IMG/VR virus record: IMGVR_UViG_2684622541_000015 | DNA: 45,369 bases | Origin: a virus | Lineage: Duplodnaviria > Heunggongvirae > Uroviricota > Caudoviricetes | Direction: 5' to 3' (one strand) | Shown: positions 1-7,917 of the stretch, in pieces | How the letters are laid out: the number at the start of each line of letters is the position of its first letter | Numbering within the stretch: position 1 is the first letter of the stretch | Notes under the pieces: model-generated | Seen by the model: the letters and a program-made list of their open reading frames with translations, nothing else | What the model was told of the DNA's origin: nothing | The model's database searches: none | Translations under genes and position numbers: made by a program

Positions 1-573
1 ATGTTTTGCGAAGAAAAAGTAGCTCAAATGGCTGCATACCTACTTCTTAAGCGAGGTGGGCGCATGGCATATCTGAAATTGATGAAGCTGCTCTATCTGT
101 CTAACCGCAAGTCGATTTTGAAGCATGGCAGGATGATCGGCGAAGATAGCCTTTACTCTATGAAATTTGGTCCAGTCATGTCGAATACGCTGAACTTGAT
201 TCGTGGTAAGGCTGAAGGTATTGGTGACTACTGGTACAACCTGATAGAGACGAACGGGCATGATGTGTTGTTGCGTTCAGATCCGAGGGAAATGGATGCA
301 GACGAGGTCTTTGATGAGTTGAGCCGTGCAGATATCCGGATTTTAGATGAAATCTATTCTCTGTATGGGCATATGAACCGATTTGATCTCGCAAACATGA
401 CGCATTTAGAAAGCGTTTGTCCAGAGTGGCACAATCCTGGCAATTCTCGTAAGCCTATAGACCTGAAAGAAATGCTGATCAGTGAGGGTAAAAGCGAGGA
501 TGAGGCTAATCGTATAATTGGCAAAATGGAAGAATCTCAGAAACTTAAGGAATTTTCTTTGCAATTATCATGA
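1..573 (+). CDS. Panacea-domain (DUF4065/GepA-like) protein, putative antitoxin; N-terminus may be cut by the window edge
   Basis: ORF starts at base 1. Motif KLMKLLYLSNRK...KFGPVMSN matches the hKLxKLLYxx...GPV signature I recall for Panacea/COG3600 proteins. Stop overlaps next ORF start (ATGA). Confidence 0.55.
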   Translation: MFCEEKVAQMAAYLLLKRGGRMAYLKLMKLLYLSNRKSILKHGRMIGEDSLYSMKFGPVMSNTLNLIRGKAEGIGDYWYNLIETNGHDVLLRSDPREMDADEVFDELSRADIRILDEIYSLYGHMNRFDLANMTHLESVCPEWHNPGNSRKPIDLKEMLISEGKSEDEANRIIGKMEESQKLKEFSLQLS

Positions 574-989
574 CGGATTATCAGCCATACAGGAAAGGAA
601 CTGTGCTTGCCCCAACTGGGCCATGCAATCATCTTCATGTGATTTGTAATGATCCTGTTTATTACCCCGTTAACGATTGTTATTGTGTTTTAGTTGTTAA
701 TATTTCTAGTATCAAGGATGGTGTCCCCCACGATCCGTCTTGCGTCTTGAATTCTGGTGATCATCGCTTTATCAAGCATCCAAGTTATGTTGTTTACGCT
801 GAAGCTATAATTTGGCGAGTGGATAACATGGTTAGAAAGCAGCGATCGGGTGAGATTTCCGTTCATGATGATATGCCAGAAGCTACATTCAATAGAATTC
901 TGGACGGTTTTGATATATCTGATGAAGTTACGCCAAAGAACCTTAAATTTAAAAATAAATATTGCGTATCATCTATTGATGATGAGTAA
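570..989 (+). CDS. hypothetical protein; candidate toxin partner of the upstream Panacea protein
   Basis: 139-aa ORF whose ATG overlaps the upstream stop by 4 bp (translational coupling). No motif recognised; Cys/His-rich N-terminal half. Confidence 0.45.
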   Translation: MTDYQPYRKGTVLAPTGPCNHLHVICNDPVYYPVNDCYCVLVVNISSIKDGVPHDPSCVLNSGDHRFIKHPSYVVYAEAIIWRVDNMVRKQRSGEISVHDDMPEATFNRILDGFDISDEVTPKNLKFKNKYCVSSIDDE

Positions 990-1028
990 ACAACAGGAAT
1001 TGTTTCGGTATAGCTTCTGGAGTTTTCT

Positions 1029-1202
1029 ATGGAAGATCAAAAAGCAACCAAGCCACAGGTTAAGTTCGACACAATGAAAGCATTCGCAGGTATGGGTGCT
1101 GCTGTTGAAGTTCTGATGAAGGCTGCTCCTAATGCGTTCACTCACGCTACTGTCTCTGGTAAAGAGCAGCAGGGTAAGCTTCGTCGTCGCAAAGCAGCAT
1201 GA
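1029..1202 (+). CDS. small hypothetical protein (57 aa), below the ORF-track size cutoff
   Basis: ATG at 1029 preceded by GGAG with 6-nt spacer; ORF ends 20 nt before a strong hairpin terminator. No homology recognised. Confidence 0.25.
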   Translation: MEDQKATKPQVKFDTMKAFAGMGAAVEVLMKAAPNAFTHATVSGKEQQGKLRRRKAA

Positions 1203-1220
1203 TCATAGCTGGTGCTTTTT

Positions 1221-1248
1221 GAAAACCCGCCTTTAGGCGGGTTTTTTC
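1221..1248. terminator. bidirectional intrinsic terminator between convergent genes
   Basis: Hairpin CCCGCC-TTTA-GGCGGG flanked by an A-run upstream and a T-run downstream; sits between plus-strand ORFs and the minus-strand gene ending at 1250. Confidence 0.6.
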
Positions 1249-1249
1249 T

Positions 1250-1531
1250 TTAGTGATGTTCTTTGCCCTTCTGTTTGCCTGTTCTGACCTGTTCCCACTC
1301 GATACGTCCTTCTTCTCGTCTTTTGTCTATGTATTCCGCAAGATCCTGAATATTGATGCAACGTTTTGCTTTTTGTGATGTACCGATGCGATATGTAGGT
1401 ACAGGCAACTTACAAGCGTTTGCTTTTGCTTCTGCTGTGGCTGGACTCATACCAAAGTATTTTTGACTAACTGCTGAGAGTTCAATGTTTGGGGTATTGA
1501 ATTCAGCCATCAGTAAAAACAAGGTATTCAT
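1250..1531 (-). CDS. PrtN-like / excisionase-like small DNA-binding protein
   Basis: 93-aa ORF; N-terminus MNTLFLLMAEF resembles what I recall of the PrtN pyocin-activator/excisionase-like family. GGAG 7 nt upstream of the ATG. Confidence 0.5.
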   Translation of the reverse strand: MNTLFLLMAEFNTPNIELSAVSQKYFGMSPATAEAKANACKLPVPTYRIGTSQKAKRCINIQDLAEYIDKRREEGRIEWEQVRTGKQKGKEHH

Positions 1532-1567
1532 ATCATTTCTCCATCATAACCGGCTGCACCCGGTGAG

Positions 1568-2362
1568 TTACTTATTCATTTCAATAATATTATTTTCTAT
1601 CATTGATTTATTTAAAACCAAAGAAGGAGCAAGATGGTTGTCTATTTTAAACAATGCATAACTTTTAAACTGTTGGTGATATCCGTAACTAATAAGGATG
1701 CTAGAAAAATCTCTTAATTCATCTTCTTTTAAAAAATTAAAATGAAATGGGTTGTCACCATTTATGAACAATGAAACATCTATTATGCAGTATTTCTCTC
1801 CGTTGTCATTTGCATAGAAAAAAATATAAGACATTCTGTTTGTTAAGACAATGCCATTAAATTTTCTTATGTCTGTAGCTATTTTGTTTTCCATGTTTGG
1901 TGCTACATATTTATTTTCAGAAATACATTTAATTTCATCTCCAGATGTCGTGATTATATAAAAATGAAACTTATCAGAAATATCTAACTTAACTACGCCA
2001 TCATTATTGTAAAGGCTGCTAAATTTTGGTGGTTCAACTTTTAAAGAATCATAGTTCTTTAAAAGAAGAGGGGAGTCAAATTTAATAACTTGTAGTATCC
2101 CTTTACCTTCAACCTCCATATTGATTGAAGATATAGCAATTGCATTATCTCTTTTATTATTCAGGATTATGGTTGATATATGCATGTCATATATTCTACT
2201 TGCATTTGCTGAATACGACACTGTCACCTTTTTTGATATTTTTTGCACGCCAAAATATATAGTGAAGGCAGCGGCAAGAATAGATAAGAATTTAATGTCA
2301 AATAAGGACCATAGCCACATTAGTTGCTCAATTGCTTCAGAGTTAATCATTTGCTTTACCAT
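1568..2362 (-). CDS. AT-rich membrane-anchored hypothetical protein (early-region moron)
   Basis: Long ORF in visibly AT-rich DNA. One N-terminal hydrophobic helix (LMWLWSLFDIKFLSILAAAFTIYFGV) followed by a ~220-aa domain with no recognised motif. Start uncertain: ORF-track start at 2401 is TTG; in-frame ATGs at 2362 and 2350. Confidence 0.55.
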   Translation of the reverse strand: MVKQMINSEAIEQLMWLWSLFDIKFLSILAAAFTIYFGVQKISKKVTVSYSANASRIYDMHISTIILNNKRDNAIAISSINMEVEGKGILQVIKFDSPLLLKNYDSLKVEPPKFSSLYNNDGVVKLDISDKFHFYIITTSGDEIKCISENKYVAPNMENKIATDIRKFNGIVLTNRMSYIFFYANDNGEKYCIIDVSLFINGDNPFHFNFLKEDELRDFSSILISYGYHQQFKSYALFKIDNHLAPSLVLNKSMIENNIIEMNK

Positions 2363-2538
2363 TATCGCTGTAATACAACACATGTGTGTATATATACGCA
2401 ATGCAATTATTTTGCAAGTGCTTCATTTACTATCAATAGCTACGTCACGTTATTGTTTAATGGTTCTTTATAGGGGCGGCAATAGTTAAAATTATCGCTT
2501 CCGTAAATGCCCCCGCAGGGGCATTTGCAGTAATGAAA

Positions 2539-3363
2539 TCAGGCGGTGAAAGTACCAATAAAGGTTTCTACTTTGCTGTCTTTGAATTTCTCAACAAGCA
2601 GATCACGAAATTCGTTAGCCATTTCTTCCTGTACCGCTTCCAGCTGAATAATGCGCAGAACCAGTACAGGACGATCGCCAGTGATAATGCTGAGGCGTAA
2701 TTTAAACGGACGTTCTTTCAGACCTTCAAACGGAACGCATTTAAATTCAAATGCCACTGGCATAATGTCTTTGGTCTTCGCTTCGACAGACTCCATCAGG
2801 GAGCGTTTGCCGCTGAAGTCATTATCTTCAAAATCAGCGGTCTGGTTCGCTTCAATTGTGATTTTACGGATCGCCGCAGCCGCTTTGGTTGCCTGAATGG
2901 CGTCACCATTAGCATCAAAGCCCACAAGGTAGTCGGCCCAGTCTTCAATCCATTCTGCCAGTGACTTCTGGGAGTTACGCTCGCCATTAACAGACAACAG
3001 AGCAGAGAACGGAGCTGTCTTTTTCAGTTTGAGAGTGGCGGTGTTATCTGCGTGACCTGGTTCATCAATAGTACCCAGGTTAAGAACACTGACGGCACGC
3101 ATATTATCAGCATCGATAAAGCAGCGGGTGCCTTCATCTGCAAGATCTTTAGAATAACGAGTAAAGTCATCGATGCTGGCAGTGGAAAGCGCACCACGGA
3201 AACGGAAACGATTTAAATTTAATTTTTCCAGATCATGAATGCGGAAATTCTCAGGCAATGCCACAGCATCGGCACCAATCTTACTGATAATTTCATTAAC
3301 ACCCTGAGCAGAAATAAGGGCATGGATTTGATTAATTGCGGTTGCGTCTAAGTTCTGAGACAT
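2539..3363 (-). CDS. YfdQ-like (DUF2303) phage protein
   Basis: 274-aa ORF; length and sequence character match my recollection of the CPS-53 YfdQ family. Hairpin AAATGCCCC-N3-GGGGCATTT lies just downstream (2503..2526). Confidence 0.5.
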   Translation of the reverse strand: MSQNLDATAINQIHALISAQGVNEIISKIGADAVALPENFRIHDLEKLNLNRFRFRGALSTASIDDFTRYSKDLADEGTRCFIDADNMRAVSVLNLGTIDEPGHADNTATLKLKKTAPFSALLSVNGERNSQKSLAEWIEDWADYLVGFDANGDAIQATKAAAAIRKITIEANQTADFEDNDFSGKRSLMESVEAKTKDIMPVAFEFKCVPFEGLKERPFKLRLSIITGDRPVLVLRIIQLEAVQEEMANEFRDLLVEKFKDSKVETFIGTFTA

Positions 3364-3428
3364 AATAAGTCCTCACTATATAAAGATATTCAGTGATGAG
3401 ATAAATAATCGGTTAATTAAGAACGATA

Positions 3429-3791
3429 TTAATGACCTGCTGCGCGGAGTTTTCCGTCAGGTTCACCGGCAAGAGTCAGTAATTGTCCCTGGTCTTCCTG
3501 CAGAATAGTCAGGCGACCACCGCGATTGACATACATCGGCGTTTCGGTGGTGTCTTCTTCGGAAATTTTCCCGCGGTTAGTCGGGCGAACATATGAGAGT
3601 TTGTGTTTGATTTTCACACGGTTCTCATCAAATGGTTCGATTTCCAGGTTGAGTGAGACCTTACCTTTGGTTTTCGTGTTCATCACACCGGAAGCGACTT
3701 CACTGAGAACTGCGCCGATTTTGGTTTCAAATACGCCGCCGTCCAGCTCCCCAATAAATGCCTGCACATCAGTACTGCGTTCGCTAGCCAT
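3429..3791 (-). CDS. hypothetical early protein (YfdP-like by size and synteny)
   Basis: ATG at 3791 (MASERSTD...) preceded by AGGAGC; ~120 aa and directly upstream of the YfdQ-like gene. Longer track ORF to 3977 starts with TTG and is less likely. Confidence 0.4.
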   Translation of the reverse strand: MASERSTDVQAFIGELDGGVFETKIGAVLSEVASGVMNTKTKGKVSLNLEIEPFDENRVKIKHKLSYVRPTNRGKISEEDTTETPMYVNRGGRLTILQEDQGQLLTLAGEPDGKLRAAGH

Positions 3792-4411
3792 TTTGCTGCT
3801 CCTAATCATATCGACCCTGCAAGGTCGGTTGGTTTCTCCACAAAACAGAGAAGAACACCTGCGGTGGCAGCCGCCCGGATGGATTTGGTTATGAGCCCGT
3901 CGTCCGGTGATGCTCTTCTCTGTTTTGTAAAAAGAGCGGTACCAGCCGGAAGCAAGTGTACAAACTGGTACCGCCAAAGCAGTGGCTGTTGTGGTGACCG
4001 GTGCTGATCTCCGGCTTGCGGTTATTTCAGACTCTCACGGGCGTTTAATTGCCCCGCCGAACAGCTCTTTTCCGCATTAGCTGCAATGTCTTTCGCGCAT
4101 CAGCCTGCGCATTCACCACAACGCTGAGAGCACTTAGCCAGTTACGGCACCACACTTTGTCGCGGTTCCATAAATGTCCTCATCGTTGCACCCTGGTCTC
4201 TTCCCAGGCGTCAAACCGAATCGCCACGCTGGTTAGGCGTCTTATCAGCATCATCATTGACTTGCACATTCCGGCTACCTGGTTTGTTTGCCCGAGCAAG
4301 GAGTGGATTGTCCCCTTTAACGTCCCCAGACCGCTAACGACGCATGTGCCATACGCCGTGTTACAACCAAATTTTGTTTAATCTTGCCTGTGCTGTGTTT
4401 CTTTTAGATAC

Positions 4412-4439
4412 ATTATGTATCCCAAAGGTACATTGTCAA
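4412..4439 (-). promoter_or_regulatory. candidate early-left promoter (pL-like) with overlapping operator-like palindromes
   Basis: On the minus strand: TTGACA (fwd 4434..4439), 16-nt spacer, CATAAT (fwd 4412..4417). Overlaps palindromes GATACA-TTA-TGTATC (4407..4421) and TGTATC-CCAAA-GGTACA (4416..4432) that share half-sites with the OR palindrome. Confidence 0.4.
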
Positions 4440-4449
4440 GTATAAAAAA

Positions 4450-4472
4450 ACCTGCCGAAGCAGGTTATAAAT
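4450..4472 (-). terminator. intrinsic terminator downstream of cI
   Basis: Hairpin ACCTGC-CGAA-GCAGGT followed on the minus strand by a T-run; immediately 3' of the repressor gene. Confidence 0.55.
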
Positions 4473-4477
4473 ATTGA

Positions 4478-5152
4478 TTAGGCCTTTATTATGTATCTTC
4501 TTGGTTTTCCTGAGAAAATCACTGTACCAATTATAGAGCAATTACCGTTAATCTTAATGTAAGGCTCAGGCCAGTTTGGGTTTAATGCTTTGAGATAACG
4601 CTGTGTTCCATCTTCTATCAACCGCTTGAAGGTGGTTTCGCCTGTATCGTGCATCAATGCAATAACGTCGTCACCGTGGCAGGCAGGGACTTCAGGATCA
4701 ACAAAAATCATGTCTCCCGGGCGGTACTCATCAATCATTGAATCACCAATCACCCGCAAGATATAAGTCATTTCGCCACAGGGTACAGGGCAGGGATAAG
4801 TTTCTGCTGTGCTCAAATCAACCTCAGAATAGCCAACTTCTTTCCATGCTCCGGCCTGTACCCATGATATGACAGGGACTAACGTTATTTGTTTGTTAGT
4901 GATTGAAACGTCAGGTTTTTTTGTGATGTTCGTTGTCTGGTGTTCTTGATCAAGCCATCCGACAGGCAGGTCGAAACATTTTTCGATGTGCCGTGCCATG
5001 CTGTCACCGATATTTTTAGTTGCACCATCTCCCATAAACCTGCTGGTCTGGGTTGGCTCGCGATCAATCATGGTGGCAAAGGAAGAATTCCCGCCAACAC
5101 CATCTCTCAGTTTTCTGGCGTTAGACCGCCGGATGTCATGGACTGTTTTCAT
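4478..5152 (-). CDS. cI: CI-type phage repressor with C-terminal S24 (LexA-like) peptidase domain
   Basis: 224 aa; C-terminal half has the S24 fold signature (GDSM...PGD...; Ser/Lys dyad context). Divergent from a cro-like gene across an operator region. Confidence 0.8.
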   Translation of the reverse strand: MKTVHDIRRSNARKLRDGVGGNSSFATMIDREPTQTSRFMGDGATKNIGDSMARHIEKCFDLPVGWLDQEHQTTNITKKPDVSITNKQITLVPVISWVQAGAWKEVGYSEVDLSTAETYPCPVPCGEMTYILRVIGDSMIDEYRPGDMIFVDPEVPACHGDDVIALMHDTGETTFKRLIEDGTQRYLKALNPNWPEPYIKINGNCSIIGTVIFSGKPRRYIIKA

Positions 5153-5158
5153 AAAGAA

Positions 5159-5187
5159 ATTAAAACCTTTGTACCGATAAGGTACAA
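5159..5187 (-). promoter_or_regulatory. candidate pRM-like promoter, leaderless cI transcript
   Basis: Minus strand: -35 TTGTAC (fwd 5182..5187), 17-nt spacer, -10 TTTAAT (fwd 5159..5164), ending 6 nt before the cI ATG, so the transcript would begin at or next to the start codon. Confidence 0.4.
5169..5187. promoter_or_regulatory. operator: perfect 19-bp palindrome TTGTACC-GATAA-GGTACAA
   Basis: Perfect inverted repeat with 5-bp centre between divergent cI and cro; related half-sites (TGTA[CT]C / GGTACA) recur at 4407..4432 and 5222..5238. Confidence 0.6.
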
Positions 5188-5192
5188 GTATC

Positions 5193-5220
5193 TTGAAGGT
5201 TCATCTCAATCATGTAATAT
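5193..5220 (+). promoter_or_regulatory. candidate pR-like promoter for cro
   Basis: TTGAAG (5193..5198), 16-nt spacer, TAATAT (5215..5220); cro RBS GGAGG and ATG follow at 5229..5245. Confidence 0.35.
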
Positions 5221-5242
5221 GTATACCGGAGGTACATATTGT

Positions 5243-5443
5243 ATGAAAGCGTATTGGGACTCTTTAACCAAAGAACAGCAGGGTGAGTTGGCCGGAAAAG
5301 TTGGCTCAACACCAGGCTACTTACGGCTGGTTTTCAATGGTTATAAAAAAGCCAGTTTTGTGCTGGCTAAAAAACTTGAGCAATGCACGTCAGGTGCAAT
5401 TACGAAATCTGACTTAAGACCGGATATCTATCCGAAAGATTAA
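5243..5443 (+). CDS. cro: Cro-like small HTH repressor
   Basis: 66-aa ORF with GGAGG RBS 8 nt upstream, divergent from cI; HTH-like segment LTKEQQGELAGKVGSTPGYL. The longer track ORF from 4940 is antisense to cI and rejected. Confidence 0.55.
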   Translation: MKAYWDSLTKEQQGELAGKVGSTPGYLRLVFNGYKKASFVLAKKLEQCTSGAITKSDLRPDIYPKD

Positions 5444-5474
5444 CAGAACACCTTCAATTTTTAACCACAGAACG

Positions 5475-6038
5475 ATGAGGCTAACCGTGGGTAAGCATCA
5501 CTGGAAAGTAGAAAAACAGCCTGAGTGGTACGTGAAAGCTGTCAGAAAAACTATCGCGGCGTTGCCGGGGGGTTACGCTGAAGCTGCTGAGTGGCTGGAT
5601 GTAACAGAGAACGCTTTATTCAACCGCCTTCGTGCAGATGGCGATCAGATTTTCCCGCTGGGATGGGCAATGATTTTACAGCGCGCGGCTGGCACTCACT
5701 ACATTGCGGATGCTGTCGCACAGTCTGCTGGTGGGGTGTTTGTATCGCTTCCTGAAATTGAGGAAGTAGAGAACGCCGATATAAACCAGCGCCTGCTGGA
5801 AGTCATCGAACAGATCGGGAGTTACTCAAAGCAGATTCGTTCGGCAATCGAAGATGGGGTAGTGGAGCCACACGAGCAGACAGCAATTAATGATGAGTTG
5901 TATCTGTCAATTTCGAAGCTCCAGGAGCATGCAGCACTGGTCTACAAAATCTTTTGCGCTCCAGAAAAGAGTGACGCCCGCGAGTGTGCAGCTCCGGGCG
6001 TCGTGGCGTTTTGTGTCTGTGGAGAAACTAACGCATGA
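5475..6038 (+). CDS. CII-like regulatory protein (phage 186 CII/CP76-like family, tentative)
   Basis: 187-aa ORF directly after cro; N-terminal region resembles what I recall of the phage regulatory CII (CP76) family. Not verified. Confidence 0.4.
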   Translation: MRLTVGKHHWKVEKQPEWYVKAVRKTIAALPGGYAEAAEWLDVTENALFNRLRADGDQIFPLGWAMILQRAAGTHYIADAVAQSAGGVFVSLPEIEEVENADINQRLLEVIEQIGSYSKQIRSAIEDGVVEPHEQTAINDELYLSISKLQEHAALVYKIFCAPEKSDARECAAPGVVAFCVCGETNA

Positions 6039-6871
6039 ACAGTTTAACGGCAAATAACCGTTTGTCGCAACAGCTGGTGGTCAGCGTCGCTGAACACCTG
6101 TTGTTACGGCATGAATGCAGATTACCAAATCACCTGGCTGTAAGTAACCACAGAGAACTTTACCTGACTGTGGGGGGCGAGTTGTGCAGGAACTTAACCG
6201 CTGGTTTCGTGACGGAAGAGGACTTTATGTTCATGTTATTCGTTGGGAGCCAGAAACACAGCGCGTTATCTATCTTCGCAAAGACTACCCGCATGAGTGC
6301 TTTAGTCCTTTGTGGAAATTCAGGCGTGATTTTGTTGAGTGTGAAGGACCACCAGCACATTGATTCTGCCATTCCGGGACGTTACACTGTTCAGGCACCT
6401 TATAAAGCGGGTGCCGGGATTGGCGTCCTGGAATTGATCAAGGCGATATATGACGCGCCAGCGTCTTTTTTATCGTCCGCATTTGCTCACATCAAAGTTA
6501 TGGTGGGCTGGGCGGGGGCATCGAAAGATGCGCCGGTTTCCTTGATCACCGGTTACGCCAACCCCGTTCAGTTCACCACCAGCGAAATTGGCGTTTCCGG
6601 TGGTGGAAGTATTTCACCGATCAAGGAGGCTGCCATCATGGCTACTGTCCCAGCCCTCACTCGTCTGAATGATGAAGACTTACATAAACTCAGTTATGTA
6701 ACAACTGCACTACGTGCTCTGCGCAAGGTAACTCTTTCGGATCCGCAGGCACATCAGGTTCTGGTAGAAACCCTTCTTAACTTGCAAGCTGAACGTATTC
6801 GTCTGGCGGATAAGGCTAATTTTCATATTCACCGTCTCCTGAATATCAGCGGAGGGCATCGTCATGCTTAA
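6035..6871 (+). CDS. hypothetical protein
   Basis: 278-aa ORF, start ATG overlaps the upstream stop (ATGA). No motif recognised. Confidence 0.4.
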   Translation: MNSLTANNRLSQQLVVSVAEHLLLRHECRLPNHLAVSNHRELYLTVGGELCRNLTAGFVTEEDFMFMLFVGSQKHSALSIFAKTTRMSALVLCGNSGVILLSVKDHQHIDSAIPGRYTVQAPYKAGAGIGVLELIKAIYDAPASFLSSAFAHIKVMVGWAGASKDAPVSLITGYANPVQFTTSEIGVSGGGSISPIKEAAIMATVPALTRLNDEDLHKLSYVTTALRALRKVTLSDPQAHQVLVETLLNLQAERIRLADKANFHIHRLLNISGGHRHA

Positions 6872-7100
6872 TCCGTTGATCCTCAATATTTGCCGTTTGC
6901 TTCAGCGTAAAAAAATATCAATTCCTACAGTTGGGCAGTGGTACACCACGCCTGCAGGGCATGTTCTACGTGTTAGCCTGGTTGACCGTGAATGCCAGAA
7001 GGTGATTTGTGAACCGCTGGGCCGTAATTACCGCGTCAGTATGCCGCTTATAGCCTTTCGCTCCGGAAAAAACATGAAGCATCTCGGAGGTGCAGCATGA
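6864..7100 (+). CDS. hypothetical small protein
   Basis: 78-aa ORF with GGAGGG RBS 7 nt upstream; stop overlaps the next gene start. Confidence 0.35.
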   Translation: MLNPLILNICRLLQRKKISIPTVGQWYTTPAGHVLRVSLVDRECQKVICEPLGRNYRVSMPLIAFRSGKNMKHLGGAA

Positions 7101-7915
7101 GTATGGAGCTGATGGTTAAAGCGATGAAAATTCGAGTGGGTAATCCATTGCGAAAACTGGTTCTGATCAAGCTGGCTGATAATGCCAGCGATCAGGGTGA
7201 GTGCTGGCCCAGCTACCAGCATATTGCTGACCAGTGCGAAATTAGCAAACGTTCTGTGATGAATCATATTGCGGCCCTTTGTGAGTCCGGGCTGGTAAAA
7301 AAAGTCACCCGGAAAGGTGAAAAAGGTAACTCAAGTAATATCTATCTCCTTCATCTGGATGGTGCAGGAGATTCACTAGGGGGTAGTGCAAATAATTCAC
7401 TATCTGGTGCAGCAAATTCACCAGGTAGTGCAGGAGTTGCACCAGGGGGTAGTGCAGGAGATTCACCCAGAACCAGTCACTCTTTTGAACCAGTCAAAGA
7501 ACCAGTCAATGAACCAATAGCTGTTGGTGCATCAGTTGATGAGTCCGTGCGAGTTCGTTCAAACCGACCGGAATACTCTCCGGAGTTTGAGCAGGCATGG
7601 CTGGCATATCCCAAACGTGCTGGTGGCAATTCAAAATCTGCAGCCTTCAAAGCCTGGAAAGCCCGTTTGAATGAGGGAGTAAACCCCGAAACCATGCTGG
7701 AAGGTGTGAAACGCTACGCGGGATGGGTATCTGCGATGGGTAACAGCGGCACACAATTTGTGAAACAGGCTGTCACGTTCTTTGGTCCGGATCGTCATTT
7801 CGAAGAATTCTGGGAAGTTCCTGCGGTATCTGCAGCCAGACGCGAGGACCCGTACTTCAAAGCCAGTTACGACAACGTGGACTACAGCCAGATCCCGGCA
7901 GGATTCAGGGGGTGA
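7097..7915 (+). CDS. replication initiation protein (N-terminal helix-turn-helix; O-like role)
   Basis: GGAGG RBS 6 nt upstream. N-terminus (LVLIKLADNASDQGECWPSYQHIADQCEISKRSVMNHIAAL) looks like the HTH replication-initiator family. Gly/Ser/Ala-rich linker; internal direct DNA repeats. Confidence 0.6.
   Translation: MSMELMVKAMKIRVGNPLRKLVLIKLADNASDQGECWPSYQHIADQCEISKRSVMNHIAALCESGLVKKVTRKGEKGNSSNIYLLHLDGAGDSLGGSANNSLSGAANSPGSAGVAPGGSAGDSPRTSHSFEPVKEPVNEPIAVGASVDESVRVRSNRPEYSPEFEQAWLAYPKRAGGNSKSAAFKAWKARLNEGVNPETMLEGVKRYAGWVSAMGNSGTQFVKQAVTFFGPDRHFEEFWEVPAVSAARREDPYFKASYDNVDYSQIPAGFRG
7361..7540. repeat. iteron-like direct repeats inside the replication gene (candidate origin)
   Basis: About five ~21-bp units ending in TTCAC/TTGCAC (7361..7476), then three copies of GAACCAGTCA plus a partial (7480..7530). 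Lambda ori lies inside O as iterons. Confidence 0.4.
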
Positions 7916-7917
7916 TC

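Noticed and set aside
850-1077. 75-aa plus-strand ORF overlapping the end of ORF 570..989
   Set aside because: Overlaps the better-supported, translationally coupled ORF 570..989 in another frame; no RBS. The separate 57-aa ORF at 1029..1202 is the more plausible small gene.
4049-4381. 110-aa plus-strand ORF in the pL leader region
   Set aside because: Begins with TTG, no RBS, odd composition, and is antisense to the expected direction of early-left transcription.
4940-5443. 167-aa plus-strand ORF as a long Cro
   Set aside because: Its first ~100 codons are antisense to the cI gene and span the operator/promoter region; the Cro-like reading begins at ATG 5243, which has a GGAGG RBS.
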